DNA of 64,000 nt. Origin: Eledone cirrhosa. Taxonomy: Eukaryota. The stretch spans positions 207,638,001 to 207,702,000 of the forward strand of contig OZ024741.1 of assembly GCA_964016885.1 (NCBI GenBank), in the 5' to 3' direction. The notes under the pieces are model-generated. The model did no database searches. It worked only from the letters and a program-made list of their open reading frames with translations, and was not told the origin of the DNA. A program made the translations under genes and the position numbers. Positions 27,976 to 41,492 of this stretch are shown one piece after another (the first letter of the stretch is position 1; each line of letters opens with the position of its first letter).

Positions 27976-28002
27976 ATTTTTAAAATATATATACACACAC
28001 AA

Positions 28003-28060
<58 letters not shown>

Positions 28061-28100
28061 GTGTGTGTGTGTGTCTGTGCAAATATATATACACACACAA

Positions 28101-28142
<42 letters not shown>

Positions 28143-28269
28143 CTGTGTGTGTGTGTGTCTGATTGATAAGGATGGTAAAACAAAGTAAGTTTTTTCCCCT
28201 GAATATTTCAACATAATTTCAGGGTTATACACTCTTTTCAAATGCAAAACAAAAATGGGCGATGCCTTC

Positions 28270-28950
28270 TTTCTTAAGTTGTCCAAGTGTGAGGATTGCG
28301 CGTGCCTTCTATGCAGTCGTAGAAGCCACTCTGCTCCATCTGATCTATTGTTTCTGTGATCTGGTGTTTAAAGCCTTGTTCAATTCTTAAATTATCTACA
28401 TTCCTTTCCATCGCTTGGAAAGGAATGTGGATCACTATGTCGATTGCGGCATTTGTCAAGGTAATTTTTGATAGATGAAGCTCTCGTTTTCATGTGCTCC
28501 TTGATCCATTTGTGCAGCATCCGGCCGGTACTTCCGATGTATGAGGAGCCCCGTCATTTACATGTGACATTGTAGACTACATACGTTCTCATGCACACTT
28601 CTGCGTTGTTGATTGAACAGTTAGGAAGTGTGCATATATAATTGTATCCAGGTCGCGTTTCCAGAGTAGTCTCCCCAAGAAAGGTCCTGTGTCTGCCAGC
28701 TGTAACTTCAGGACCTCCCTCCGGATGGCTTGTCAGATGGCAGCGGTTGTCTTCTCATTGGAATGCAGCAGCTTTAGATAGCATATGTTATCTCAAGGGG
28801 CGCGTGTCCACCTTTTTATGTTGCGCATTGGCATCTTGGCGTTTGGTGAGAGGAGTTGCGTAGCCGTTCTCGATGAGAATACTGTAGAATTCTTCCTTGC
28901 TGGTGTACTTGTCGCTACGTTTGCAGACAAATGCCGCAACCATGACATTT
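28270..28950 (-). mobile_element. PLE 3' fragment (GIY-YIG)
   Basis: Minus strand translates to NVVYNVTC...SYIGSTGRML. Confidence 0.6.
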
Positions 28951-29245
28951 AAGTTACCATAAAAACGATGGAAACGAATATAGGTAATTTAAGAATAAAC
29001 GAGGCTTTAATCATCAACACACACAAGACACCAATGAACAATAAATCAGGACAACATGAAGCAGAATAGCTCCTATGACTGTTCCAGGCATACGCAATCC
29101 TCAGATTTGGACCAGTTAAAGAAGAACGCATCGTTCGTTTTTGTTTTATTTGTCATACTTTGCCCTTTATATATTTCTTCTGCATCTTACCGGCTTTTTG
29201 AAGTCATAACCAATCAATTATTACATATCTCACTCTGCTTCATAG

Positions 29246-29345
<100 letters not shown>

Positions 29346-29354
29346 ATATATATA

Positions 29355-30595
29355 CAGGGTGCGGACAGTATTTGAGGACACATGCATTTTTAGTCATTAT
29401 TTTATTTGACTATTTCAGAAAATAACAATGAAAATAACTATGCTTACTAATGAAATGAAAAGGCATATTGTGATTGTGGCTTTGAATGCTAAGCATGGGG
29501 ATTTAGAAATTTTTTGTTTCCTGAAAGCTGCAAGATCTTTTGTCCACAAGATTCGGTGTGAGTTAGAGAAAGATGATAGAAGCGTATTACCTGTATCAAA
29601 ACGTAAAAAACATTCCAAACGCTCTGATTCTACCAGGACACCTGAATTTATTCAGGAAGTTAAGCAGAACATTGATGACAATCCAGGAAAATCAATGAGG
29701 TCAATTGCAAAAAAATGTTGGTGTGTCAGAAAAAACAATCAGAAATGTTGTGAATGAAGACATCAGATACACATCTTAGGTGATGAGGAGGGGTCAATTC
29801 ATCTCAGAAAAAACAAAAGAAAACCGTTTAATCAGATCCAAAAGACTTTTAAACAAACTTAAAAATCCACCAGAAGATGTGATTTAGTTTTTCTCATATG
29901 AGAAATACTTTGACCAGGACCACAAACTAACAGAAGAAATAACAGGTGGCTATGTCCAAACCCTTCTGAGGTTCCACGAGTAATGCACACAAAATTTCCT
30001 GCAAGTGTCATGGTTTGGGGTGTTGTTAGCAATGAAGGACATGTGATGCCTCCTCACTTTTTTCCACAAGGCCTTAGGGTGAATGCTGCTGCATATATTG
30101 AGGTTCTGGATAAAGTTGTTAAGCCTTGGAACAACAGTGTATGCAATGGAATGCCTTATGTCTTTCAACAAGATTCTGCACCATCACACAAGGCTCAAAT
30201 GACACAGGAATGGAAGGCTGATAATTTGCATGATCACATCACCCTCAACATTTGGCCTCCTAATTCTCCAGACCTCAATCCACTGGACTACTATGTATGG
30301 AGCATTGTTGAGAAAAATGTCAATGAAAACTCCCATAGCACCAAAGATTCTTTGAAAACCGCCATAGTTCGAGTATGTCCGATATGAACAAGGACCCACT
30401 TAATCCGAGCTTGTAAACGATTTCAACCACACATAGAAGCAGTTATTGATGCTTATGGTGGGTTTATTGAATGAAATTATTAAATTGATAATTTAGCTTT
30501 ATGTTTATGTTATTTTTATAAGAATACAGTTTTTTCTGTTATTATATAAGCGTATTTTTTAAAGCATAAATCTGTCCTCAAATACCGTCTGCACC

Positions 30596-30598
<3 letters not shown>
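29355..30598 (+). mobile_element. DD37D (maT) Tc1/mariner transposon, full-length with frameshifted transposase
   Basis: TIRs cagggtgcggacagtatttgaggaca / tgtcctcaaataccgtctgcaccctg flanked by TA. VFQQDSAPSH...WPPNSPDLNPLDY has 37 residues between the second and third D. Confidence 0.93.
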
Positions 30599-30667
<69 letters not shown>

Positions 30668-30671
<4 letters not shown>

Positions 30672-31347
30672 ATAAATTATCGAGATTCGCATTTCCGCCC
30701 ACGAAATAACGAAAAACAACCTCCGAGATGTGCGGCAAATGCTCAATGATTCAGATGAACCAGAGCAATAAAAAACGTTAAAGGCCAAACACACTGAGAC
30801 GATGGTTAAACAATCATTCGCATAGCCCCCAAAAAACGATCAAGTAATTCGGGTATTGAAAATTTACCCGGACCCCTGGAAGGTTGGTAAAATCCAGTAT
30901 ATGGGTTTCTGCGGCTCCTAAATCAAGTACCGTCCGCTTACATAAATAATGTCAGGCTTCTGGTAAGATGATTGAACAAGGAAGCCACTTTCTCAACAGG
31001 TTTTAGTTCAATGTTAATACAAAGACTGACTATTGCTGACCCCACGTGGGGATCGGCAAGGGAGGCAACCCCTATATCAGCCGAATGAATTCAGTTGTGT
31101 ATATTTTTGCAAGAATGCAAAAACATCACAAATCGAATAGAGTTCTCAACAGAAGGGTTAAAATTAACATAAGCTATTCATCAGTCAATAGAATCAACTA
31201 AAAAATCAAGAAAATTAACTGGTCAATAGCTAGGGTCTGGAGATTTATACAAACATAAATTATCGAGATTCGCATTTCGGCCCACGAAATAACGAAAAAC
31301 AACCTCCGAGATGTGTGGCAAGTGTTCAATGATTCAGATGAACCAGA
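30668..31347. repeat. ~580-bp unit with ~98-bp terminal direct repeat
   Basis: 30668-30765 is repeated at 31250-31347. Confidence 0.8.
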
Positions 31348-31349
31348 TT

Positions 31350-31753
31350 TTTTCTTTGTCCCCTAATCGCATTTGAATTATTATTTCTATAACGTCCCTC
31401 CTCCACTTTCTAAAGATGACTTTTTTAGCCAACCTCCTCTGGCCTACTTTCATACACATTTCTTAGAATTTGCCGTGTAGATTTCACCTTCTACGCTTGA
31501 CCGGCTCTACCCACTCCCCTATCGTTCTACAGGCAAGTTCAGCCATCTCCCCAGCCCGCACCCACTGCCATGATAGACTTTTCTGTGTCCGCTACACATT
31601 TTGACCAATCCCCTTGACAACTACAATCTTTCCATATAAGGAAGTACCCTTGAAAAGTTCGGCTATTTATTTACCAGACTAAAAAAACTCTTACTTTAGT
31701 CCAGAAATAACCGTCGAAATGCCTTGTGCTCTGCCGTCGGGGTCATACTTTCT

Positions 31754-31758
<5 letters not shown>
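31350..31758 (+). mobile_element. Solo PLE pseudo-LTR with U3-A8 hammerhead (31646-31743)
   Basis: Homologous to 33900-34258; accc-TTGAAAA-g...long stem II...c-GAAA...GTC-gggg; stem III partly decayed. Confidence 0.7.
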
Positions 31759-31809
<51 letters not shown>

Positions 31810-31886
31810 TGTTTGTAGAATAGTTCAGTGAGCTGAGCATTAGAACTTCTGACGCTTCAAGCAATTGTTTTTCTTCAGAGAATCGG

Positions 31887-31941
<55 letters not shown>

Positions 31942-32011
31942 GAATTGTGGTAAGGAACCAGATGGACCATAACGCACCAGAGTACTCCATACTTAGTGTA
32001 GTAGAGTGGGA

Positions 32012-34258
32012 AATAGGAAAAGTTATGACTCCGACGGCAGAGCTCAAGCCGTTTCGACGGCTATTTCTGGACTAAATTAGAATTTTTAGCCTGGTGAATA
32101 AATAGCCGAACTTGTCAAGGGGGTACTTCCTTATATGGGAAGATTGTAGTTGTCAAGAGGATGGTTAAAATTTGTTGTAAACACAAATAAGTCTATCATG
32201 GCATTTGGTGGGAGGTAGGGGTGGCTGAACTTGCCTGAAGAACAATAGTGGAGTGAGTGGAGCGGTAAAGCGTTGAAAGTGATATGTATACAGCAGATTC
32301 TAAGGATAGTGTATGAAGTGAAGGAGGGAGGTTATAGAATAGGTAAATCGAATGAGAGTAGCAGACAATAAAAGATAATAGAAATAAATAAAAAATTAGA
32401 TAAAGTTAGATAGTGAGAAATGAATAAAAAAAATCACAATGCTATCTTACAATTACAGGTTAATAAGTTGAGAATAGAAAAAACTTGTAGAAATTGAGTA
32501 GTAACAAAACTGATACAAAATTAAAGGGGTTTAACACATCTGCTATAAGTAGTTAGTAAAACGTATTCGGCCAAATCTATCTTAAAATTACAGGCGTGGG
32601 AGAAATGATGCTACAGAGGCCCGATGGGCTGCATCGGGGTAGGCGAAAGGGGAAAGAAGACGAGGAAGAAAATAGGGGTTGGAAGGAAGTGATAGGATGA
32701 GACAGAGGGAAGAAGAAGACAAAGAGGAAAATATAGGAAATACATCTACCTATGTAAGCTGGGGTTTCCCCTAACTTAATCGGCAAGTGGGGGAGGGGTA
32801 TCAGCCCTTGTCTACCCACCCGCGTCGTTATGGGGTTTGAGGGCGAGGTAAGTCTTACGCAATCTGTGTTTGCATGCGGTTACCAGTTCGTCTTTCTTGT
32901 TTAGGAGTTGGTCCTTCGAAAACAGCATTTGTGATGTTTCCTCCGAGCATAAGTTACACGGACGGCGTCCTCCCGTGTAAGAGTTAGCTCTGGACAGTAA
33001 GCTTGAATGAGATTGTAGGTTATATTATTATCTTGGAGGTCCCAGATGTGGCCCGAAAGTATAGTGGCATGTCGCCGGACTGGGTTTCGGAAAGTATGTC
33101 GGTGTTGGTAGAGCCGGGTCTTGAAGTCACACGCGGTTAATCCTATATAAGCTTTGTTGGAGGTGTCTGTCCTCAGGTTGCACTCATAGATCACGTTACG
33201 TTCTCGGCATTTGTTGTTGAGGGGGAACGTAGATCTATCAGGGCAGTTACACATCCTGGTCGGCTCTCCACTGATGTCGGCGACTTGCCACTACACTTTC
33301 GGGCCACATCTGGGACCTCCAAGATAATAATATAACCTACAATCTCACTTGGAGCTTACTATCCAGAGCTAACTCTTACACGGGAGGACGCCGTCCGTGT
33401 AACTTATGCTCGGAGGAAACATCACAAATGTTGTTTTCGAAGGACCAACTCCTAAACAAGAAAGACGAACTGGTAACCGCATGCAAACATAGATTGCGTA
33501 GGACTTACCTCGCCCTCAAACCCCATAACGACCCGGGTGGGTAGACAAGGGCTGATACCCCCCACTTGCCGAATAAGTTAGGGGAAACCCCAGCTTACAT
33601 AGGCAGATGTATCTCTTTTCTTTTCCTCTTTGTCTTCTTCCCTCTGTCTCATCCTATCACTTTTTTCCGCCCCTATTTTCTTCCTGAGATAGATTTGGCC
33701 GAATACGTTTTACTAACAACTTATAGCAGATGTGTTAAACCCCTTTAATTTTGTATCAGTTTTGTTACTGCTCAATTTCTACAAGTTTTTTTCTATTCTC
33801 AACTTATTAACCTGTAATTGTAAGATAGCATTGTTATTTTTTTTATTCATTTCTCACTATCTAATTTTATATATTTTTTTATTTCTTTCTATTATCTTTT
33901 ATTGTCTCCTACTCTCATTCGATTTACCTATTCTATAACCTCCCTCCTCCACTTCATACACTATCCTTAGAATCTGCTGTATACATATCACTTTCAACGC
34001 TCGACCGCTCCACTCACTCCCCTATTGTCCTACAGGCAAGTTCAACCACCCCTACCTCCCACCAAATGCCATGATAGACTTATTTGTGTTTACAACAAAT
34101 TTTAACCAATCCTCTTGACAACTACAATCTTCCCATATAAGGAAGTACGCCCTTGACAGTTTCGGCTATTTATTCACCAGGCTAAAAATTCTAATTTAGT
34201 CCAGAAATAGCCGTCGAAACGGCTTGAGCTCTGCCGTCGGAGTCATAACTTTTCCTAT
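32012..34258. mobile_element. PLE 3' ends as a head-to-head fold-back pair (minus 32012-~33290; plus ~33286-34258)
   Basis: CNC...PL..KC..NVIYEC...YIGLT...FKTRLYQH (GIY-YIG); the arms are reverse complements. Confidence 0.88.
32027..32125 (-). ncRNA. Type I hammerhead, U3-A8 core, long stem II
   Basis: cccc-TTGACAA-G-tt-CGGCTATTT...AAATAGCCG-t-C-GAAACGGC-ttgagctct-GCCGTC-ggag; GUC site. The partner copy at 34147-34244 (+) has the core mutated to TTGACAG. Confidence 0.75.
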
Positions 34259-34265
34259 ATATATA

Positions 34266-37200
34266 TTTATTAAAATAACAGATTAAAGTTTAAGCAAAGA
34301 ATCGCTGCTTTCACCATTAACGAGATCTTCTGAAACTAACAAAGTCAAACTGTAAACGCAGAAGTGGATATTTCAAAAAACGTTGTAACCGGAGGAAGAC
34401 AGGAAGACGATACTTTGGTTCGTGGAAACGTTCCTTGGCAAAGAACGGGAACAAACGAATATATACGTCATTAATAGGAGCGGTGAAACACAATTACACG
34501 CAAAGACAGAACCACGTTTATGGTATAAAAGAAGTCGTAGACTAATGTTCTTTTAGGTGGTGCATAGAGACGTTCTCTGGCAATGAACGGAAAAAACGAA
34601 GATAATACGTCATATGTGGATCGTGGAGAACAATTGCAAGCAAAGACAAAACCACGTTTCTAACTACGAAACCGAAAGAATCTCCGCTTCAGAGTTAAGA
34701 ATAAAGTAAATAAAATACAATACAGAGGCAATAGAAATTAAATAAATACATACACGCATGCAAATACGTACATACACAAGCATACGCGAAAACACTTCCC
34801 ATAGGTATACAAAACCACGCACATACAAATGTGTGTGTGTGTGTGCGTGTATACAAATAAATGAATAAATAAATAAACGTATATAAATAAATAAATACGT
34901 ATATAACAAGCGCACACACATACATACATGTAAATACCCAAATGTTCGGAGATGTACGTCAACCAAAACATCAAGTACACATATACACACACCCTACATA
35001 CGTACGAACCTGCATACTCACACAGACGCAAAACTCCCGTATACACATAACCAAAACATATGTACCAGAATATATAAAATTATACGCCATAACATATACA
35101 ATCAAATATACGTACGAGAAAGTATACGTACCTTCACAAAACATACAGGTAATATATACTTACCTATGCAAATAAGTAATGGTATAAACATAACATATAC
35201 TTAGCTACCACGTCAAGACGTAAAATATCCACGTATAGATCGTACTATCCGTTAAGGTATAATGTGGAGCTTTAATACAGGAAAGTTTTGAGCAATTTAT
35301 GTTTACAAGCCGAAATTGCCTCAGATTTTTTGTTTAAGATGTGGTCTGTGGCGTAGAGTATTTCCAGGGCCTCAGCGGCGCAGAGGTCACATGGTCTTTT
35401 ATTTTCGTTATACGATCTATCCCTAGCTAGGATCTCCCAGTGTAAATTATATTGGGTGTGGTTGTCTTTTAGACTCCAGATATAAGCTGAAAGTGACGTC
35501 ATATTCCTTCTTAGAGGGTAACGAAAAGAATGGGTATGCATGTAAAGACGCTGTTTGAATCTATTGGCGGTTAACCCTATGTAGGTCCTACGGGACGTGG
35601 GTGTTTCAACCTTACATTTGTAGACAATGTTACTAGAGAGGCATTTTCCGGATAGGGGGCAATCAACGATTCCTACAATTACAGTTAGTACTAACTACAG
35701 GGTTGCACGTGTTCCTACGGCTAGTTAGTTTAGCTAAATTTGAAGCTGACTAAGTGCGGACCTCGTGCTTGCGACAGGTTCAGAAAAGAACTCACAGCCT
35801 TCTTTAAAGGCTTCAACCTGTCTATACAGGTTGAGGCCAATCTCTGGGAAGTTAATTACCTCGACGTTACCCTCAATTTATCGAATGGGTTGTATTACCC
35901 GTATAGAAAGCCGAATTATACGCTTAATTACATAAGTAAGCATTCCAACCATCCTGCCAGCATAACCAAGAACCTGGTAAGAAATGTTTCGTTGAGGCTT
36001 TCCCGTCTATCTACTAACGAGCATATTTTCACCGACCATTCCACTTATTACAAGGAAGCTTTTGCTCGGAGTGGATTTGTCGATAAGGTATACAGAGTGC
36101 GAAAATAGACCTAGAAGAAATAGATCCCGTCGCATTTGTTGGTATAACCCACCATATAATATGGAGGTGGCCACACCATTAGCTAAGATCTTTCTTTCCC
36201 TTATTACGAAGCATTTCTCCCCTACACATAAATATAGTAAAATTTTTAATAGAAATACTACTTAAATTTCTTACTCTACGACTCCTAACCTTGCACATAA
36301 CATCACAGCTTCAAATTTAGCTAAACTACCTAGCCGTAGGAACACGTGCAACCCTGTAGTTAGTACTAACTCTAATTGTAGGAATCGGGTTGATTGCCCC
36401 CTATCCGGGAAATGCCTCTCTAGTAACATTGTGTACAAATGTAAGGTTGAAACACCCACGTCTCGTAGGGCCTACATAGGGTTAACCGCCAATAGATTGA
36501 AGCAGCGTCTTTATATGCATTCCCATTCTTTTCGTTACGCTCTAAGAAGGAATATGACGTCACTTTCAGCTTATATCTGGAGTCTAAAAGACAACCACAC
36601 CCAATATAAGTTACACTGGGAGATCCTAGCTAGGGCTAGATCGTATAACGGAAATAAAAGACCATGTGACCTCTGCGCCGCTGAGGCCCTGGAAATACTC
36701 CACGCCACAGACCACATCTTAAACAAATAATCTGAGGCAATTTCGGCTTGTAAACATAAATTGCTCAAAACTTTCCTGTATTAAAGCCCCACGTTATACC
36801 CTAACGGACAGTACGATCTATACGTGGATATTTTACGTCTTGATGTGGTAGCTAAGTATATGTTATGTTTATACCATTACTTATTTGCATAGGTAAGTAT
36901 ATATTACCTGTATGTTTTGTGAAGGTACGTATACTTTCTCGTACGTATATTTGATTGTATATGTTATGGCGTATAATTTTATATATTCTGGTACATATGG
37001 TTTGGTTATGTTTATACGGGACTTTTGCGTCTGTGAGTATGCAGTTTCGTACGTATGTAGGGTGTGTGTGTATATGTACTTCATGTTTTGGTTGACGTTG
37101 TCTCCGAACATTTGTGTATTTACATGTAGGTATGTGTGTGCGCTTGTTATATACGTATTTATTTATTTATATACGTTTATTTATTTATTTATTTATTTGT

Positions 37201-37685
37201 ATACACGCACACACACACACACATATTTATATGTGCGTGGTTTTGTATACCTAGGGCAAGTGTTTTCGCGTATGCTTGTGTATGTACGTATTTGCATGCG
37301 TGTATGTATTTATTTAATTCCTATTACCTCTGTATTGTATTTTATTTACTTTATTCTTAACTCTGAAGCGGAGATTCTTTCGGGTTCCTAGTTAAAATTT
37401 TAGTCTACGACTTCAGCTATACCATTTGCGTGGTTCTGTCTTTGCGTGTAATTGTTTTTCACCGCTCCTATTAATAACGTATTATATTCTTTTTCCCCGT
37501 TCTTTGCCAGCGAACGTTTCCACGAACCAAAGTATCGTCTTCCTGTCTTCCTCCGGCTGCAACGTTTTTTGAAATATCCACTTCTGCGTCTACAGATTGA
37601 CTTTGTTAGTTTCAGAAGAACCCATTAAGGGTGAAAGCAGCGATTCTTTGCTTAAACTTTAATCTGTTATTTTAATAAATATTTG
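34266..37685. mobile_element. PLE (same family as 540-2620) as a head-to-head fold-back pair (minus 34266-~35748; plus ~35740-37685)
   Basis: VNYLDVTLNL...YRKPN, WYNPPY, YKCKV...YIGLT, SLSAYIWSLKD...CDLC; the long 3' UTRs are reverse complements. Confidence 0.9.
37608..37658 (+). ncRNA. Type I hammerhead-like motif with U4A core (CAGAAGA); mirror copy at 34287-34337 (-)
   Basis: agttt-CAGAAGA-ACCC-attaa-GGGT-GAAAGCAG-cgattct-TTGCTT-aaact; all three stems form. Confidence 0.6.
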
Positions 37686-37696
37686 CTCTACGGTTC

Positions 37697-39912
37697 TTAT
37701 ATATTTATTTATTTGCTTGTTTGTTTATCTTATTTTATTTTGTCTTCTTTGCGCATGCGTTTGCGTGTGTGTATAGTGTGATGTGTGACTAGTGTGTATA
37801 GTGTTGTGTCTGCTGGGTGACTAGTGTGTGTTTATGTGCTTGTGTATGTATTTATTTATCTTATTTTATTTAATTTTATTTACTTATTTATACTTCTCTT
37901 AGGTCAGTGTTGTTTGTTTGGGTGTTGTTGTTGTTCCACTCATTCTTTCTGTTTAGCTTTGGTCTTCTAATTTCTATTTCACTGGCCTCTCTGATTTGCC
38001 TATCTGCTGGGTCATTCCTATGTTTAGATATTATTCTAATTTCTATGTTGTCTATGTTACCGTCATGTTGTTGTCTAGCATGTTCGTATAGTACTGACCC
38101 GTTTTTTCGTCCTTTTAGTTCCCCCCAGTGTTGGTCTATCCTTTCACCTATGCTACGAGCTGTCTCACCTATGTATGTTGTTGTCGTGTTTCTGCAAGTA
38201 CCCTCTGTACATCTTATGCTATAGACTACGTTTCTAGTTTTACAGTTTATCCGGGGGTTCACCTTACAAATGATACATTTCCTATTGGTACAGTGGGTTT
38301 TCTTAAAAGGGTAGGTTTTGCTGATCAGGGATTTTATGGTGGTTCCTGGCTTTTCTACCACCTTTATTTTTAAGTGGGTCTTTCTCAGGGCCTTTCTACA
38401 CTGGTTAGCTAATTTCCCTCCAGGGGTGGCGTCCACAAACATGACACTCTGATATCTCTGGTTGTCGTACCATGATGTGGCCTTCCCTATCTTATGTCTA
38501 GCCCTATCTAAGCTATTCCATGATTTGCTCCTGTATAGTGGGCAAATTCCTTTCATGTCCAGTTCTATGAGGGTCTTATACTTTTCCATGGCTCCTTCGT
38601 ATACTCTGACTCTGTCTCTTTGGTTGTAGCCAGAGAACTGCATGCGGTTGATGAAGTGTTGGATGTGTCCTTCCATTTCTGTTGGGTCGCACATGCTGGA
38701 CACATTCTTCATCACTCGTACCAAATCTGCGATCAGAATATTAAACTTAGCACTACTGGACATTGCTGAGTTTTTGAGTATCAGGTATTTGGAGGCCATG
38801 GGTTTAGCATAGTGTGAGTGGAGAATTTGGGCTCTCTCGTCTATAGTGTTAATCCAGAGTTCTGTGTCTAATACAGGTAGTCTATTGTTAGGGTGTTTTG
38901 AATGTGTCCAGCATGTGCGACCCAACAGAAATGGAAGGACACATCCAACACTTCATCAACCGCATGCAGTTCTCTGGCTACAACCAAAGAGACAGAGTCA
39001 GAGTATACGAAGGAGCCATGGAAAAGTATAAGACCCTCATAGAACTGGACATGAAAGGAATTTGCCCACTATACAGGAGCAAATCATGGAATAGCTTAGA
39101 TAGGGCTAGACATAAGATAGGGAAGGCCACATCATGGTACGACAACCAGAGATATCAGAGTGTCATGTTTGTGGACGCCACCCCTGGAGGGAAATTAGCT
39201 AACCAGTGTAGAAAGGCCCTGAGAAAGACCCACTTAAAAATAAAGGTGGTAGAAAAGCCAGGAACCACCATAAAATCCCTGATCAGCAAAACCTACCCTT
39301 TTAAGAAAACCCACTGTACCAATAGGAAATGTATCATTTGTAAGGTGAACCCCCGGATAAACTGTAAAACTAGAAACGTAGTCTATAGCATAAGATGTAC
39401 AGAGGGTACTTGCAGAAACATGACAACAACATACATAGGTGAGACAGCTCGTAGCATAGGTGAAAGGATAGACCAACACTGGGGGGAACTAAAAGGACGA
39501 AAAAACGGGTCAGTACTATACGAACATGCTAGACAACAACATGACGGTAACATAGACAACATAGAAATTAGAATAATATCTAAACATAGGAATGACCCAG
39601 CAGATAGGCAAATCAGAGAGGCCAGTGAAATAGAAATTAGAAGACCAAAGCTAAACAGAAAGAATGAGTGGAACAACAACAACACCCAAACAAACAACAC
39701 TGACCTAAGAGAAGTATAAATAAGTAAATAAAATTAAATAAAATAAGATAAATAAATACATACACAAGCACATAAACACACACTAGTCACCCAGCAGACA
39801 CAACACTATACACACTAGTCACACATCACACTATACACACACGCAAACGCATGCGCAAAGAAGACAAAATAAAATAAGATAAACAAACAAGCAAATAAAT
39901 AAATAAATATAT
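37697..39912. mobile_element. Young PLE of a different clade as a fold-back pair (minus 37697-~38900; plus ~38900-39912)
   Basis: Open ORFs 37888-38925 (-) and 38898-39719 (+): LPVLD, HYAKPMAS, FVDATPGG, NVVYSIRC...YIGET.RS...R..QH. The translations differ at one visible residue (NTTT vs NMTT). Confidence 0.92.
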
Positions 39913-40233
39913 AGACAGACTGAACAAAAAAAAAAATGGCGTAGACATACAACACAACAGGAGGAGCAATGAATATAACACCACTGACGATGTTGCAGAT
40001 GTGCAACGAAAGATTTATGTAAATTATGTAAACTATATATATGTGTTTGTGTCTATATTGTATCTGTATTATTTTTGACCGCCGGTCAGTCAATGGCAAC
40101 ATTGAGGACCGAGTAAGTTAGATCGCAGATATATATATATAAAAGACAGCGAGAAGCGAAAACCAACCAAACAGTGAGTGTGTTCTGTTATTAATTCTGG
40201 CAATATTACGCAAATATGACCCTCCCCAAATAT

Positions 40234-40261
<28 letters not shown>

Positions 40262-40271
<10 letters not shown>

Positions 40272-40732
40272 GCAATAGATTGACATATATATATATAAAA
40301 TAAACATATGAAACAATCACAGGGAATAATTTGTAAAGAGTGTAAGCACACACAGCTAGGTAGTTAACTAATTAAAGTTTAACTAGAACTTCAAATATTT
40401 AAAATGATTAATCTCCTTTGTATATGTTTCATTAAATATATTTCACCATTAATCGGTAAATCATAGTAGTCAAATGCGAAGATCCAGCTATCTGTGATTT
40501 ACCGATATGACTAATGTGATTTACCGATTAATGGTGAAATATATTTAATGAAATATATACAAAGGAGATTAATCATTTTAAAAGGTATCTATATTCGAAG
40601 TTCTAGTTAAAATTTAATTAGTTACCTACCTAGCTGTGTGTGCTTACACTCTTTACAAATTATTCCCTGTGATTGTTTCATGTGTTTATTTTATATATAT
40701 ATATATGTCAATCAATTTCTAGTTGATATATA
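40262..40732. repeat. Long imperfect palindrome (arms about 200 bp)
   Basis: 40262-40465 is the reverse complement of about 40515-40732. Confidence 0.85.
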
Positions 40733-40827
40733 AAATAAATGGTCGGATCTATTCATCGGAATCTTTGAGCTTATTCTGCTGTGGATATGGCGCATGTTTC
40801 TCAGACATGAGACCCTTAATTTAATTT

Positions 40828-40860
<33 letters not shown>

Positions 40861-40986
40861 GTTATTCCGGGTTGAATCGGAGGTAACCACAGTAAGTAAG
40901 GTACTCAGATATTCTTGATGATTTCTAAAGAATGAAACAGTTCTAGTCCTGTAGAATCTCATCTATATTAAAACTTTTAAACTCTG

Positions 40987-41022
<36 letters not shown>

Positions 41023-41029
<7 letters not shown>

Positions 41030-41492
41030 GGATTGGTGCTCTGAAATACCGATGTATACATGAATGTATGTATAGTATATTTGGCAATATACAGTATGTT
41101 TAATTAAAAACATTTTGAAGACCTTGCGCTATCGTTTTAAAGTAGTGACTATGTCACTTACTTCTATTTTCGGCAAAGAAGGGAGAGAAGATGACAGATT
41201 CTGTTTCACACTGTTGGTGTTCCTCAGAGCAACGTCTCTGCCGAAAATTATAGAAGCTGGATTCTTATAGAATTTCAGTAATAATCAGGAACTGATTATA
41301 CAGAGCGATTGCCGGTCCAGCAAAAATGAAAAATTAGGATTAGTGCTCTGAAATAGCGATGTATATATCTGTCAACTTCTCTCCCTTCTTTGCCGAAAGA
41401 AGAAGTAAGTGACATAGTCACCCCTTTAAAATGATAGCGCAAGGTCTTCAAAGTGTTTTTAATTAAACATACGGTATATTGCCTAATATACT

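Noticed and set aside
31030-31085. HDV-like ribozyme
   Set aside because: I could not assign the nested P1/P2/P3/P1.1 pseudoknots; only simple hairpins are evident.
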